A stretch of 64,000 nt of DNA from Planctomycetota bacterium (GTDB lineage Bacteria; Planctomycetota; JAJSAM01; JAJVHW01): assembly GCA_965248445.1 (NCBI GenBank), contig CBDFJG010000004.1, positions 32,001 through 96,000 on the forward strand, written 5' to 3'. Shown here one piece after another: positions 1 through 10,700 of this stretch. Numbering within the stretch: position 1 is the stretch's first letter; every line of letters starts with the position of its first letter. The notes below the pieces were generated by a model. The model ran no database searches and was not told where the DNA came from. It saw only the letters and a list, made by a program, of their open reading frames with translations. A program made the position numbers and the translations under genes.

Positions 1-1
1 G

Positions 2-581
2 GGCGACGACCGTGTCTGGGGCACGAACGACGATGCGGTTCACCTCCTGAGTCAGATCGGCACACTGAACATAGTCAGCAAGATCATAATCCGCGGGGGC
101 TCACTCCCATATTCCCCGGAGCGAACTTCTAGCTCCACCGCGGTCACGAGCACGACTGGGCTGGATGGAGTGTTCGGCACCGCCGACGACTGCGTCGCTG
201 TGCTGTCTGGTCTTGGTGCAACGAGCGCGGTGGAGTACCTGCCGGCACCTTTCATCCCCGAATCAGGCAGGTCGCGGCCGGTACCGCTGAGTTCGTCGTC
301 GTTCTTGGTCGCGAGCGACGGCCTCGACGGAATCGCGACAACGGCTGACGACGTCACGTACTTGTTCACGGACGTTGGTGGCGAATTCCAGCGGGTCGAC
401 CTGGCCACGCCGTTTCTATTCGATCGCGCTCCAGGTCGCGCAGTGGCTGCGTCGCGAACGCGGGCAATCGCATCGTCTGCAGCAGACGACGGCCTCCCCG
501 GGACATCGGACGATGAGATACTCCTCTTAGACAGCCTGGACGCGGTTCCGACAGTCACTCGGATCGGCGTGGAGTCACTAA
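2..581 (+). pseudogene. Partial repeat protein (~53-aa repeats, each with a GxDGxxGTxDD-type acidic loop); starts before the window and is cut by IS1380
   Basis: Frame open from position 2. Motifs GDDRVWGTNDD (2), GLDGVFGTADD (158), GLDGIATTADD (320), ADDGLPGTSDD (482). The frame runs into the IS end and stops at 616. Confidence 0.7.
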
Positions 582-2277
582 CCTGCATAATTCATCACGC
601 CACGCCCGGAACGTAGATTCGGGCGCACCGCGCATTGCATAAACTGTTGTTAGAGCAATAGTTACACAGATGCGAGAGGTACGCCCGAGTGACGAATTCT
701 ACCCCACACACTGTCCGGTTTCCCGATCTCTTCGGGAAGGTCACCACGGCCGTGTTCGACGGCGAAGCGCACACGTCCGAGGGAGGCGCGGGACTGCTGC
801 GCGCGGTGGACCGTCGAATGGGAGTGACCGCAGGTCTGGCTGCGCTGTTGGTGGATCGTCGTGACCCGACGCGGGTGCAGCACTCGTTGGAGGAGCTCTT
901 TCGGCAGCGCGTCTTCTCGATCGGCCTGGGCTACAGCGACCAGAACGACGCGGCTCGCGTGGGCACCGACCCGATGCTCAAGGGGGTCACGGGCCGCGCG
1001 CCGATCAAGGGCGCCGACCTGGCGTCTCAGGCGACGCTGTCGCGCTTCGAGAACGCGGTCACGGCGCACGAGCTCGTGGCCTTGTCGCGCAAGCTCGAGG
1101 AGGACGTGATCGAGCGTCTTTGCGCTCGCCACCGGGGGGCCCGGCGCATCACGATCGACATGGACCCGAGCTGTGACCCGACCCACGGTGCACAGCAGGG
1201 AGCGCTCTTCAACGGCTTCTACGACACGTGGTGCTACCTGCCGGTTTTCGGCTTCCTCACGGTCGACGGCGATCCGGAGCAGTACCTTTTCTGTGCGCGG
1301 CTGCGGCCGGGCAACGCGAAGGAGGGCCGCACGTCGCTGCGGACGATCCGCCGGATGGTGAAGCGACTTCGGCGTGCGTTTCCGCGCACGCAGATCCTCG
1401 TGCGCCTGGACAGCGGCTTCGCCGGCTCGCGGCTCTTCGACGCGCTGGACGAACTCGGCGTGAAGTACGTGGTCGGGATGCCCAAGAACAAGCGGCTCCT
1501 GGATCTGTGCGACGCCGAGATGACAGCGGCTGCGGTGCTGGCGGCGATGGAAGACAAGACGGCGCAGATCTACGGCGACTGCGAGTACCGGGCGAAGAGC
1601 TGGAGCAGGTCCCGCCGCGTGGTCTTCAAGGCGTAAGTGCTGGTCGCCACCGGGAAGGTGAACAAGGACAACGCGCGCTTCGTGGTCACCAACGTCTCGC
1701 GCAGCTACAAGCCCGAGACGACCTACTGCAAGACCTACTGCGGTCGCGGCGACGCCGAGAACCGCATCAAGGAACTCAAGGGTGGCCTGGCGGTGGATCG
1801 CACGAGCAACTCGAGCTTCCTGGCGAACCAGTTCCGCGTGCTGATGACCGCGGCGGCCTACGTACTCTTCCAGGAGTTACGCTACCAGTTGCGCGGCACC
1901 ACGGCCGCAGTCTGGCAGGTGCACACGATCCGCGAACGGCTGCTCAAGATCGGCGCCCGCGTCGTGGAATCGGTGCGCCGCGTCGTCGTGCATCTCGCGG
2001 CGGCCTGCCCATGGCGCGAGCTGTGGTGCCGCGTCGCGCGAAGGCTCGGCGCTGCGCCGGTCTGAGCGCAGCCGATGGCCAGAAGAACGACACGCTTCCG
2101 GCTACCGGTCCGTCCAGACCTCGTCCGCGCGGCGGCAAATGGACTTGAACGCCCCCTCGGAACGAAGATCCCGCCGTCCGAGACCCCGCCGACCTCGGTG
2201 AACGCCGCAAGTCGAGCGCCCGGGCGCTCGGACCGGCCGAGGGACGCCATCGCGAGCGTCGTCATGAATAGTGCGGG
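582..2277 (+). mobile_element. IS1380-family insertion sequence (type 1)
   Basis: Imperfect terminal IRs CCTGCATAATTCAT (582-595) and ATGAATAGTGCGGG (2264-2277). Preceded by CTAA; no matching duplication on the right. Confidence 0.85.
689..2065 (+). pseudogene. IS1380-family DDE transposase with an in-frame TAA at 1634-1636
   Basis: ORFs 689-1636 and 1637-2065 share a frame. Motifs TSEGG, DPTHGAQQG, DSGF, YCGRGDAENRIKE. VFKA*VL aligns with VAKAEHL in the other IS1380 of this window. Confidence 0.9.
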
Positions 2278-3373
2278 CAGGGGCTCCCCCCTTCGCTCAG
2301 GTTGAGCGTCCGATCGGGTGACTAACATCGCACTTACAAGGAGGTGCGATGACCGGTGCCATGATCCCCTTTGCGCGCGACGACTCGCTGCCGGGCACAC
2401 TCGCCGAGTTTGTCGTGAGGTTCTCCGACGAAGATCGGTGTGCAGCCCTGCTGCGCCGGTGGAAGTACGGCGAGGGCGGCTTCCGCTGTCCAGCGTGCGG
2501 CGGCGAGGAGGCGTGGTTCCTGCCGTCACGCCGGCTCGACGAGTGTTGTGCCTGCCACAAGCAGGTTTCGCTCACCGCCGGCACCGTCATGCACGGGTCT
2601 CGCAAGCCGCTACGGCTGTGGTTCCTGGCCATGTATCTGTTCGTGTCGAGCAAGCGAGGCATCTCCGCACTCGAGCTGCAGCGCGAGCTTGGACTGGCCA
2701 AGTACCAGACCGCTTGGACATGGCTGCACAAGTTGCGAAACGCCATCGCGATGCGATCCACCGCGCCGCTGCGCGGACACCTCGAGATCGACGAGACCTG
2801 GGAAGGCGGACTGCGACATGGCCGGCCGGGGCGTCCCAAGGTCGGCGACCGCAGCGCGCTGGTCATGGGAGCCGTCGAGATCTCACCGCGTCACGCCCTC
2901 ATCGGTCGCATCCGTCTCGAATCCATCGCCGATGGTTCGGCTGACACGGTCAAGGCGTTCCTCGAGCAGCACGTCGCCGCACGCTCAGTGCTGTTCACCG
3001 ACGACTGGCGTAGCTATCGAAAGCCGGCTGACGACTTGGAGCACGACCATCGACCGACCAACGTGTCGAAGTCCGACGACGAGGCACACGTTGTGCTACC
3101 TGCGATCCACCGCGTCTTCTCGCTGCTCCATCGCGTGCTCTTGGGCACGTTCCAGGGCGGCGTGCGACGCAAGTACCTCCCCAGCTACCTGGCGGAGTTC
3201 GAGTTCCGGTTCAACCGACGCACATCGAAGCGACGTGGACTGCTGTTCCAACGACTACTCGCCTGCGCCGTGCGGCGATGCCCTCCCTTCCACTGGGAGA
3301 TCGTTGGGCGAACCGATGCGCGCACGCCACTCGCCGCCGCAGCCTGACCTGAGTGAAGAGGGGATCCCCTGCC
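2276..3373 (+). mobile_element. IS1595-family insertion sequence
   Basis: IRs GGCAGGGGCTCCCCCCTTCGCTCAGG and (reverse complement of right end) GGCAGGGGATCCCCTCTTCACTCAGG. No 8-bp target duplication. Exact tips uncertain by 1-2 nt. Confidence 0.85.
2349..3347 (+). CDS. IS1595-family transposase
   Basis: Zn ribbon CPACG...CCAC, GISALELQRELG HTH, EIDET, TDDW..Y, YLAEFEFRFNRR. SD AGGAGG upstream. Confidence 0.93.
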   Translation: MTGAMIPFARDDSLPGTLAEFVVRFSDEDRCAALLRRWKYGEGGFRCPACGGEEAWFLPSRRLDECCACHKQVSLTAGTVMHGSRKPLRLWFLAMYLFVSSKRGISALELQRELGLAKYQTAWTWLHKLRNAIAMRSTAPLRGHLEIDETWEGGLRHGRPGRPKVGDRSALVMGAVEISPRHALIGRIRLESIADGSADTVKAFLEQHVAARSVLFTDDWRSYRKPADDLEHDHRPTNVSKSDDEAHVVLPAIHRVFSLLHRVLLGTFQGGVRRKYLPSYLAEFEFRFNRRTSKRRGLLFQRLLACAVRRCPPFHWEIVGRTDARTPLAAAA

Positions 3374-4783
3374 GGGGTTGGTCTGCGGCAGGTACGCCGG
3401 CAGTTCGACACCCTTGCAGTGCATCGCGTACCCGTCGTCACCGGTGACGGCCGCGAGCCGCGCCACCCCTTGGCCGAGCAGCGGGAGCAGACCGCGCGCG
3501 ATGCCTTCGATGGCGCGGAGGACGCCGTCCACGTCACCGAACGCGAGCCCGTCGGCGACGGGGTTCTCGGGATGTCGCTGGTTCCACTCCATCGCGTACG
3601 ACAGCGTCGCGCCGAGCGAGATCGAGTCCATGCAGAGCTCGTCCACCAGTTGCACCAGAGTGCAGGCGGCGTCTGCGTCGTAGATGCCGAGGTTCGACGA
3701 CAGGAGGTTCAGCGGCTCGTAGTCGAGCTTCGCGCGGAAGCGACCCCGTGTGCCGTCCTCCTGCTGATCGTGCACGTTCTTGTGGCACCGGATCCCGCAG
3801 CGATGGCAGGACTCCGCGACCACCTCGAACGGACCCTCCTCGACGGTCTCGCGGACCAGCGGGAGCGACGCGTCGTTCGCGACGGGTCCGAAGTTGCGCT
3901 CGGGCAGTGCGTTGATCTGCGGCAGCACGGCATAGTTCGCCCAGGTGCCGCCGCCGCTGCCGTCGTCCGCCTCGCGGAAGCGCGCGCTGCCGCGGCCACG
4001 TGCGATGCGCTTGTTGACGGCGGTCACGGTCTCGTTGCGCGGCGCGGGGTCGGGATCCGGCCCGTCGGCGGCGATCCCGAGCAGGTTCTTCGATCCGAAC
4101 ACACCGCCGAATCCGCCCCGGCCGCAGAACCCTGGTTTCGGATCACCGGAACGAAGCTGGTTCTCCGTCGAGAGAGCGAGGGCGGCGAACCGGCAGTAGC
4201 GCCAAGCCTCTCCGGCCGGACCGATCACGGCGAAGTGCGCACTTGCGTAGCGCCCGTGGAGTTGCTGGATGCGTGCGTTCACGCTGAGCCCGGCGAGGTC
4301 GCCCGCGTCCTCGAACGCGAACGCAACGCCTCCCGACGCGGTGTCACTGACTGACAGGTGCAACAGGACGGGGTGCGGCGAGCGGCCGGTGAAGATGATC
4401 TCGTCGATGGCGAGACCACGGAGCTTCGTGCCGAACTTGCCGCTTCCCGCGGACCACATGGCACCCGGTCTCCCCGCGCGCGAGACCTTCAGCGGGGAGT
4501 AGCCGTGCACGAAAGTGCGCAGCCCCGTCATGAGCGCCGTCCCCGATAGAGCGCCGAGGTTCACGATGAGCGGCGCGGCGGGGTCGTAGGCGTCCCCGAC
4601 ATCATGCTCGTCGAGCAGCCGCATGGCGCGGCCGATGCCGCCGAGTGCGTCGTCGAGGTCGCGGCAGCGCGGCTCCTCGAATTCGACGGACAGCGCGGTC
4701 AGGTCCACGCGGAACCGGCGGATCGTCAGATCCTCGGGCCGGCCGGCGGCCGGGACGGTCGCGGGGTCGACCTTCGCAGTCAC
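3374..4783 (-). pseudogene. Aldehyde:ferredoxin oxidoreductase family protein, C-terminally truncated by IS1595
   Basis: IGPAGE, GRGGFGGVFGSKNL, SCHRCGIRC, DYEP, MHCKGVELPAY motifs. The frame runs into the IS right end at 3373. Confidence 0.85.
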
Positions 4784-4792
4784 GGGCGGAGT

Positions 4793-6019
4793 CTACTTGC
4801 CGGCGAGGTGGACTTCTCTACGCGACAGCGCGTCCGCGCAGAGAGCGTCCAGGTCGTACTCCTGCTCGACGTGTTCAAGACGCTCGGCGGAGCAGGCCGT
4901 CTTGGGGTGCTTCGCCACCAGTAGTGAGCAGCAATCGACGCCCGGCTTCACCGACTCGTCGTAGGTCCCGATCTCCCGCGCGATCTTCACGATGTCAGCC
5001 TTGTTGGTGCCGCAGAGCGGTGAGAGCACGGGTGGCTCGGCAGCCGCGTACACCGCTGCGATGTTCTGCAGTGTCTGCGACGCGACCTGCCCGACGGCGT
5101 CGCCGACGACAGTGGCCAGAGCACCCTGCTGCTTCCGCACCATGTTCGCCACGCGCATCATCGCCCGGCGGTAGAGCAGCATCCGCATGTCCGCCGGAGC
5201 GTACGCGATGATCTCACGCTGCAATTCGTCGAACGGCACGAGTTCGAGACGCAGCGGGCCGTGATACCGAGCGAGGACCTCGGCCAGGCCGATCACCTTC
5301 TCGCGAACGCCCTCACCGGAGTACGCCCTGTTCCACAGGTGCACGCCGATCACATGGCATCCGCGCACCATCATGCGATACGCGGCGACGGGCGAGTCCA
5401 GTCCACCCGACAACAGTGTGACGACGGTGCCCGCCGGGCCGACCGGCAGTCCGCCGGGACCGTTGCGCCGCGCGTCGAGCACGTACGCGTACTTGTCGTC
5501 GGCTTCGATCCGGTACTCGTCGTCCGGGTGGTGCAGGTCCACAGGCCGGCCGGTTGCGGCCTGCACAGCCGCGCCGACGACGCGGTTCGCCTCCATGCTG
5601 TCGAACGGAAGCGACTTGACCGATCGACGCGCGTTGATCTTGAACGAGCCGCTGCCGCGCAGCGAGAGCGCGACGGCGGCTGCTTCGATCTTCGCCAGCA
5701 CCGGCTTGGTGCGGACGGCCGGCGACACCCACGCGACGCCGGGCTGCCGCGCAACGGCCGCGAGGAGATCCGGTAGATCGCCGGGCGCCGCGTTTTCGAG
5801 CGGGAACGTGAGACGACCGGTCTCCCGCCGCACGTTCACCTTGATCCAGGGACGGACGGCTCGGGACACGTTCCTGGCCAGGGCGTTCTCGAACATCCAG
5901 CGGTTGCCGGACTTCGTGCCGATCTCCGCGTAGTGGACCACGCAACGGGTGTAGTGCTGCCTGGCCCCGTCCGCGGGATTCGGGGTGGTCTGCTCGACGG
6001 GCTCTGCCGGGGTGCTCAT
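4793..6019 (-). CDS. thiI: tRNA 4-thiouridine synthase ThiI (THUMP + PP-loop, no rhodanese domain)
   Basis: HYAEIGTKSGNR, GPGGLPVG, LLSGGLDSPVA, GQVASQT, DCC. Start taken at MSTPAEP. Confidence 0.93.
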   Translation of the reverse strand: MSTPAEPVEQTTPNPADGARQHYTRCVVHYAEIGTKSGNRWMFENALARNVSRAVRPWIKVNVRRETGRLTFPLENAAPGDLPDLLAAVARQPGVAWVSPAVRTKPVLAKIEAAAVALSLRGSGSFKINARRSVKSLPFDSMEANRVVGAAVQAATGRPVDLHHPDDEYRIEADDKYAYVLDARRNGPGGLPVGPAGTVVTLLSGGLDSPVAAYRMMVRGCHVIGVHLWNRAYSGEGVREKVIGLAEVLARYHGPLRLELVPFDELQREIIAYAPADMRMLLYRRAMMRVANMVRKQQGALATVVGDAVGQVASQTLQNIAAVYAAAEPPVLSPLCGTNKADIVKIAREIGTYDESVKPGVDCCSLLVAKHPKTACSAERLEHVEQEYDLDALCADALSRREVHLAGK

Positions 6020-6046
6020 CCGTCTTCGTCTGCTACTCTCCCGCGC

Positions 6047-6694
6047 GTGCCGGGTCACCGATTCTCTTCGCTCTCGCGACTGCTGCGACCTGCTTGGGCC
6101 ATCGGGTTCCTGGCCGCCGGTCTCCTCGTCGTACAAGTCGCGGGCCCAGCCCACGTAAGCTCGGCCCAGGAGAGCACACGGATCGCCGTCGGCGAGATCC
6201 CTCCCGCCGAGATCCGACTGCGCCGGGTCGGGACCACCGATGACGCAGGCCTGGTGGCGGTTGGCGAGACCGGGCGCGAGAGGCCTCGGGTCCTCGTGTA
6301 CCGGTCGTCCCGCTGCCCAGTCTCCGAACGGTACGCGAAGACTCTCCTCGCTGCGGTCGAAGACCTGGGTACCGCAGCGGATCTGGTGCTTGTCGTCACC
6401 GATGGCGACGCTTCGGAAGCGGATCTGACGGAGACGCTCTCCCGCCAGGGGCTCGCGCTGCCGGTCCTCCGCGACACCGAGGGCGCCGCCAAGCGTCTCG
6501 GCGTCCGCGTCACACCCACGGTGCTGCTGCTGGCGGCCGACGGAACGCTGCGATACCGCGGTCCCATCGACAACGACCGCCGCGCGCGCGGCAAGGACAG
6601 CCGGGCGCTGCTCGTCCCTGCGGTCCGCGCCGTCGTGGCAGGCCGGGCCGTGGAGCCGGCGGAGGCGCGTCCATTCGGCTCTGCCCTGCGGTAA
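6047..6694 (+). CDS. Exported thioredoxin-fold (redoxin/AhpC-TSA-like) protein
   Basis: Hydrophobic N-terminus; RCPVS, VTPTVLLL, LRYRGPIDND, PFGSAL. Start uncertain. Confidence 0.75.
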   Translation: MPGHRFSSLSRLLRPAWAIGFLAAGLLVVQVAGPAHVSSAQESTRIAVGEIPPAEIRLRRVGTTDDAGLVAVGETGRERPRVLVYRSSRCPVSERYAKTLLAAVEDLGTAADLVLVVTDGDASEADLTETLSRQGLALPVLRDTEGAAKRLGVRVTPTVLLLAADGTLRYRGPIDNDRRARGKDSRALLVPAVRAVVAGRAVEPAEARPFGSALR

Positions 6695-6753
6695 TCGCCC
6701 GTTCAGGCGAGCGTGCCAAGGTAGCCTCGGCGTGAACCCCGGGAGCACCACAG

Positions 6754-7140
6754 ATGAGCAAGCCGCAGCTCGGCTACCTCCTCCTCTGCGACGGCCACGC
6801 CAAGGTCGGTGGCAAGGACTGCGTGCTCGGGATCTTCAATCGCATCTTCGCGAAGAAGTTCCCGACGACGCACGACCAGTGCTACCTCGCGTTCGAGCTC
6901 TGGGCCGATCCCGGTGAGCACGAACTGCGTGTGCGTATCCGCGACACAGACGAAGCCGACATCGTGCCGGCGCTCGGACCGCTCAACATGCAGATCGCCG
7001 AGTCCGGACAGGGCAGCGGAGCGATCCAGCTGCGCGGGCTGCCGCTCGCGAGGTCCGGCATCTACACGTTCGTCGTCGAGGTGGACGGCGAACCGGTGGG
7101 TGGCCGCGACCTCTTCGTCGAGCCGATGCCCAACCCATAA
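6754..7140 (+). CDS. DUF6941-like hypothetical protein
   Basis: LLCD...GK..VLGIFNRI N-terminus, beta-rich, GIYTFVVEVDG. SD GGAG. Confidence 0.7.
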   Translation: MSKPQLGYLLLCDGHAKVGGKDCVLGIFNRIFAKKFPTTHDQCYLAFELWADPGEHELRVRIRDTDEADIVPALGPLNMQIAESGQGSGAIQLRGLPLARSGIYTFVVEVDGEPVGGRDLFVEPMPNP

Positions 7141-7175
7141 ACGCGGGCCGAACCCACAACGGTGAGCCTGAGGCG

Positions 7176-7523
7176 TCACCGGCCAGGTGGCGGACGGGGC
7201 TCCGCAGCGACCATCACGCGTCCGGCGCTCACCTGCACGTCGTGCGACTGCACGGGCGGGATGCCGCTGACCAGCAGCGATTCCCCGCTGCGCACGTCGA
7301 ACTTCCACGCGTGCCACGAGCAGCTCAACTCGTGTTCCACCAGCGAGCCGTCGCTGAGGGGGGCCTCGGCGTGCGGGCACTGGTCGATGAGGGCGTAGAA
7401 ACGGCCGCCGGACCGGAACAGCGCGAGGTTCAGGTCGCCGGCGCTGACGCGGACGGCCTCGCCCTCGTCGAAGTCCTCCACCGCCCCGACGTCGACGTAG
7501 CCTCGCAGCAGTCGTTCCTCCAT
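7176..7523 (-). CDS. Rieske [2Fe-2S] ferredoxin
   Basis: CPH...CSWH..FDVRSGE Rieske motifs. Confidence 0.9.
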   Translation of the reverse strand: MEERLLRGYVDVGAVEDFDEGEAVRVSAGDLNLALFRSGGRFYALIDQCPHAEAPLSDGSLVEHELSCSWHAWKFDVRSGESLLVSGIPPVQSHDVQVSAGRVMVAAEPRPPPGR

Positions 7524-7708
7524 GGCGCGAGAGTGTCGCGTCGCGTGCATCGTCGGCCGATGAATCAACCGCCGGGAGACAGGCTCGCGGACGCCGGGCA
7601 CACGCTCACCGCGGGTGGCGCTGGGCTCGCCGGGTCGTCTCACGTTGACGTGCCCGACGCCAGGCCGGAGGATGAGGGCTGCTGCGCCGCAGATTCGCGA
7701 GGAGCGAC

Positions 7709-10700
7709 GTGACGGATAGGGGAGACGACGACCGCGACCGCGAGGAGGACGACGACTCCCTGCCGTCGCGTGATTCGGGGCCGTCGCGTGATTCCGGCGA
7801 GACGCTCGCCGACCCCGGCGCGGCCGAGGACGACCTCGAGACGGCGATGTACGAGCGCGGCGAACGGCCGCTGTCGCCTCCCGCCCCGCGCGCTGACGAC
7901 GACCCCGCTGAAGACGACCGCGACACCGTGGCGGGGGGCTTCGCCGGCACGGTGATGCCGGTCCGCCCCACCAGCGAGACAGTCGGGCCGAGCGGTGAGG
8001 AGCAGACCGTCTACGACGCGGGTCTGACGGAGCGCCTCAAGGACAAGTCCGCGACCCGCGAGGACCCTGCGGCGGGGACAATGCGCGAAGGCGGTGCGCG
8101 CACGTCGCCGGGCGCGCGGGCGGACCAGTCGGCGACGGCGCGCGACCTGGCGGCGGCGGACGGCTCGACCGCCGGGGGCGCACGCGGCGGCGGCGGCAGC
8201 ATTCGCCTGTTCGAGGGCGAACAACTCGCGGGCCGCTACGAACTCGTTTCGCGTCTCGGCAAGGGAGGCATGGGCGAGGTGTGGAAGGCCCGCCACATGC
8301 TCCTGCACGGCAACCGCGCCATCAAGGTCATCAAGGCGTCCATCTCACGGGATCCGTCGTTCCGCGCGCGGTTCCTCACCGAGGGACAGACGATGATGAA
8401 GGTCAAGCACCCCGGTGTCGTCGAGGTGACCGACCTCGACGAGACGCGCGTGGGGCGCGAGCTCTTCATGGTCATGGAGCATCTCGAGGGCCGCACGCTG
8501 TACGACGCGGTGCGCGACGGCGACAGTCCGATCTCTCTCGACGTGCGCGAGACCGTGCGCATCCACAAGGAGATCGCGGACGGGATGCAGCGCATCCACG
8601 ACGAGCGGATCGTCCACAAGGACCTGAAGTCCGACAACGTGCTACTCGTCCAGGGAGACGACGGTCGCGAGCACCCAAAAGTGATCGACTTCGGCCTCGC
8701 CAAGCGGATGGACGAGAATGATGACACCGACGTCGAGAAGGGTGCCGCAGCCATCTCGGGGACGTACGAGCCCGACCTGCGTACGACGCTCTCCGGAACG
8801 CTGGCGTACATGGCGCCCGAGCAGTTCCGCCAGCAGCCGAGTTCGTTCCAGAGCGACATCTACGCGTTCGGCGTGATGCTCTACGAGTCGTTCATGAACG
8901 GGAAGTACCCGATGCCCCGCGGCGGCCTCGCGCACTACCTGAAGCTGCACACCGACGGAGAGCTGCCCGCGCGCCTCGCCGCCGACAAGCCGGATCTCGA
9001 CCGGACGATCGCGGACATCGCGGACCGCTGCATGGCGCCCGAGAAGCCCGACCGTCCCGCGTCCTTCACCGAGGTCTCACACGAGCTCCAGTGGTGGCGG
9101 GATGCGCCCGAGCGTGCGCGCAAGCGGCGCAAGTTGGTGCTCATCAGCGGCGCGTTCGTCTTGATGGCCGGCGTGGCCGTGGCGGGCTTCCTGCTCACCG
9201 AGACCGCACCGTCCGTCGGTGTGCTGGACGTGGCGGCGGCCGGGCAGTCGATCGCCCCGGCCCCCGACCGCCGCTACCACCTGCGCGACCAGGCGCTGCG
9301 GGAGATGAGTTTCTCCGGCAGGGTGACCGGCGAGGCGGCCATCCCTGCGTTCCTGGTGGACGGCGAGGAGGTCGGCTCCACGATCACCACGGACGGTGAG
9401 GTCGTCACCGCGACCGCAGATCTGTCCGCGCTCGAGGACGGGCCGCACTCTGCCGAGTTGCGCGCGGCCGAGGGCGCCGAGGGCACGTCGGTCACGATCG
9501 TCGTCGACCGTGCGCCGCCTCCCATCAAGAGCGTGCGGGTCAGCGGCGCAACGTCGGGCTTCACCAACGCCGTGGCTCCCATCGTGTTGGTCGACGTCGA
9601 TGACGACTCGGTTGCGCGCGTCACGGCTACGCCGGACGGTGCCGAGCCCGCAGCCGGCGAACAGGTGAGCGAGGACGACCGTCGCGCGTGGCGCGTGCGC
9701 GGCACGGCCGAGGACGACGGCGATGTCGTGCTGAGCATCCGGGTCATCGACTTCGCCGGCAACGTGTCCCGGCAGGACTTCTCCTACTTTCGTGACACGG
9801 CTGCGGCGCGAATCGATGTGGCCGGTCTCGTCGAAGGTGTGCTGCAGGCACGCGACGGCGCAACGGCGATGCTCGAACTCTCGACGAGCGAGGCCGGAAC
9901 CTGCACCGTCGCGTTCGGCGCGGGTGCGCCCAAGACCATCGACGCAGCCGCCGCGGGTGTGCTCAAGTTCACGGTGCCCGTGATCCCCGAAGATGGTCTT
10001 CAGGCGCAGATCACGTTCGAGGATGTGGCCGGGAACGAGACGAAGCGGACCGTTCTGGTCAAGCAGGAGGACGACGTCGCGCTCATCCGTACCACCGACG
10101 GCAAGACGCGTCTCGTGACGCGTGGAGACGACGCGGTCACCCTGCAGTACGAACGCACATACCCACTCGACACCGACACGATGGGTGTCTACGCGCAGCG
10201 CGTGAACTCTGACGGGACCAACGACGGAGCGCCCTCGCACGTGCGATTTGTCTCTGGTCCCGGGACGGAGCGATCCGTGCCCGTCGAGGTCTCGCAGATC
10301 GCGCTGCAGGCGCTCGGTGCGGGCGTCTATCGGCTGACCGCGACCGGTCAGGGTCAGGCGGTCCCGCAGTCGATGGAGCTGACAATCGACCCGGCGAACC
10401 CGGTGATCGGCGAGATCGCGGTTCGCGATTCTGAGGCGAGAACTGTCGGCAGCGGCGAGTGGTCCCGCACGCGACTCGTGACGGTAGCTGTCGACGTGAC
10501 CGACCTGCGCCTGGCCGAAGTGAAGATCGCGGGCGACGGTGAGTCGCAACGGAGATTCTCCGAGATCGACCCGGCGGCCACGTCGTTCTTGTTCGACCTG
10601 ACACTGGCTGAGCAGGGTCGGAGCGCATTCACGGTGAGTGTGCGCGACACGGCGGGCAACACGGCCGAGCGTAATCTCACCATCAACGCCGACTGGGAGA

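Noticed and set aside
1634..1636. Programmed readthrough or recoding in the IS1380 transposase
   Set aside because: The stop is TAA at a position where the paralogue has Glu; a single GAA>TAA change is the simpler explanation.
6020..6751. Long N-terminal extension of ThiI (652-aa ORF)
   Set aside because: It is the antisense shadow of the redoxin gene; ThiI motifs start after 6019.
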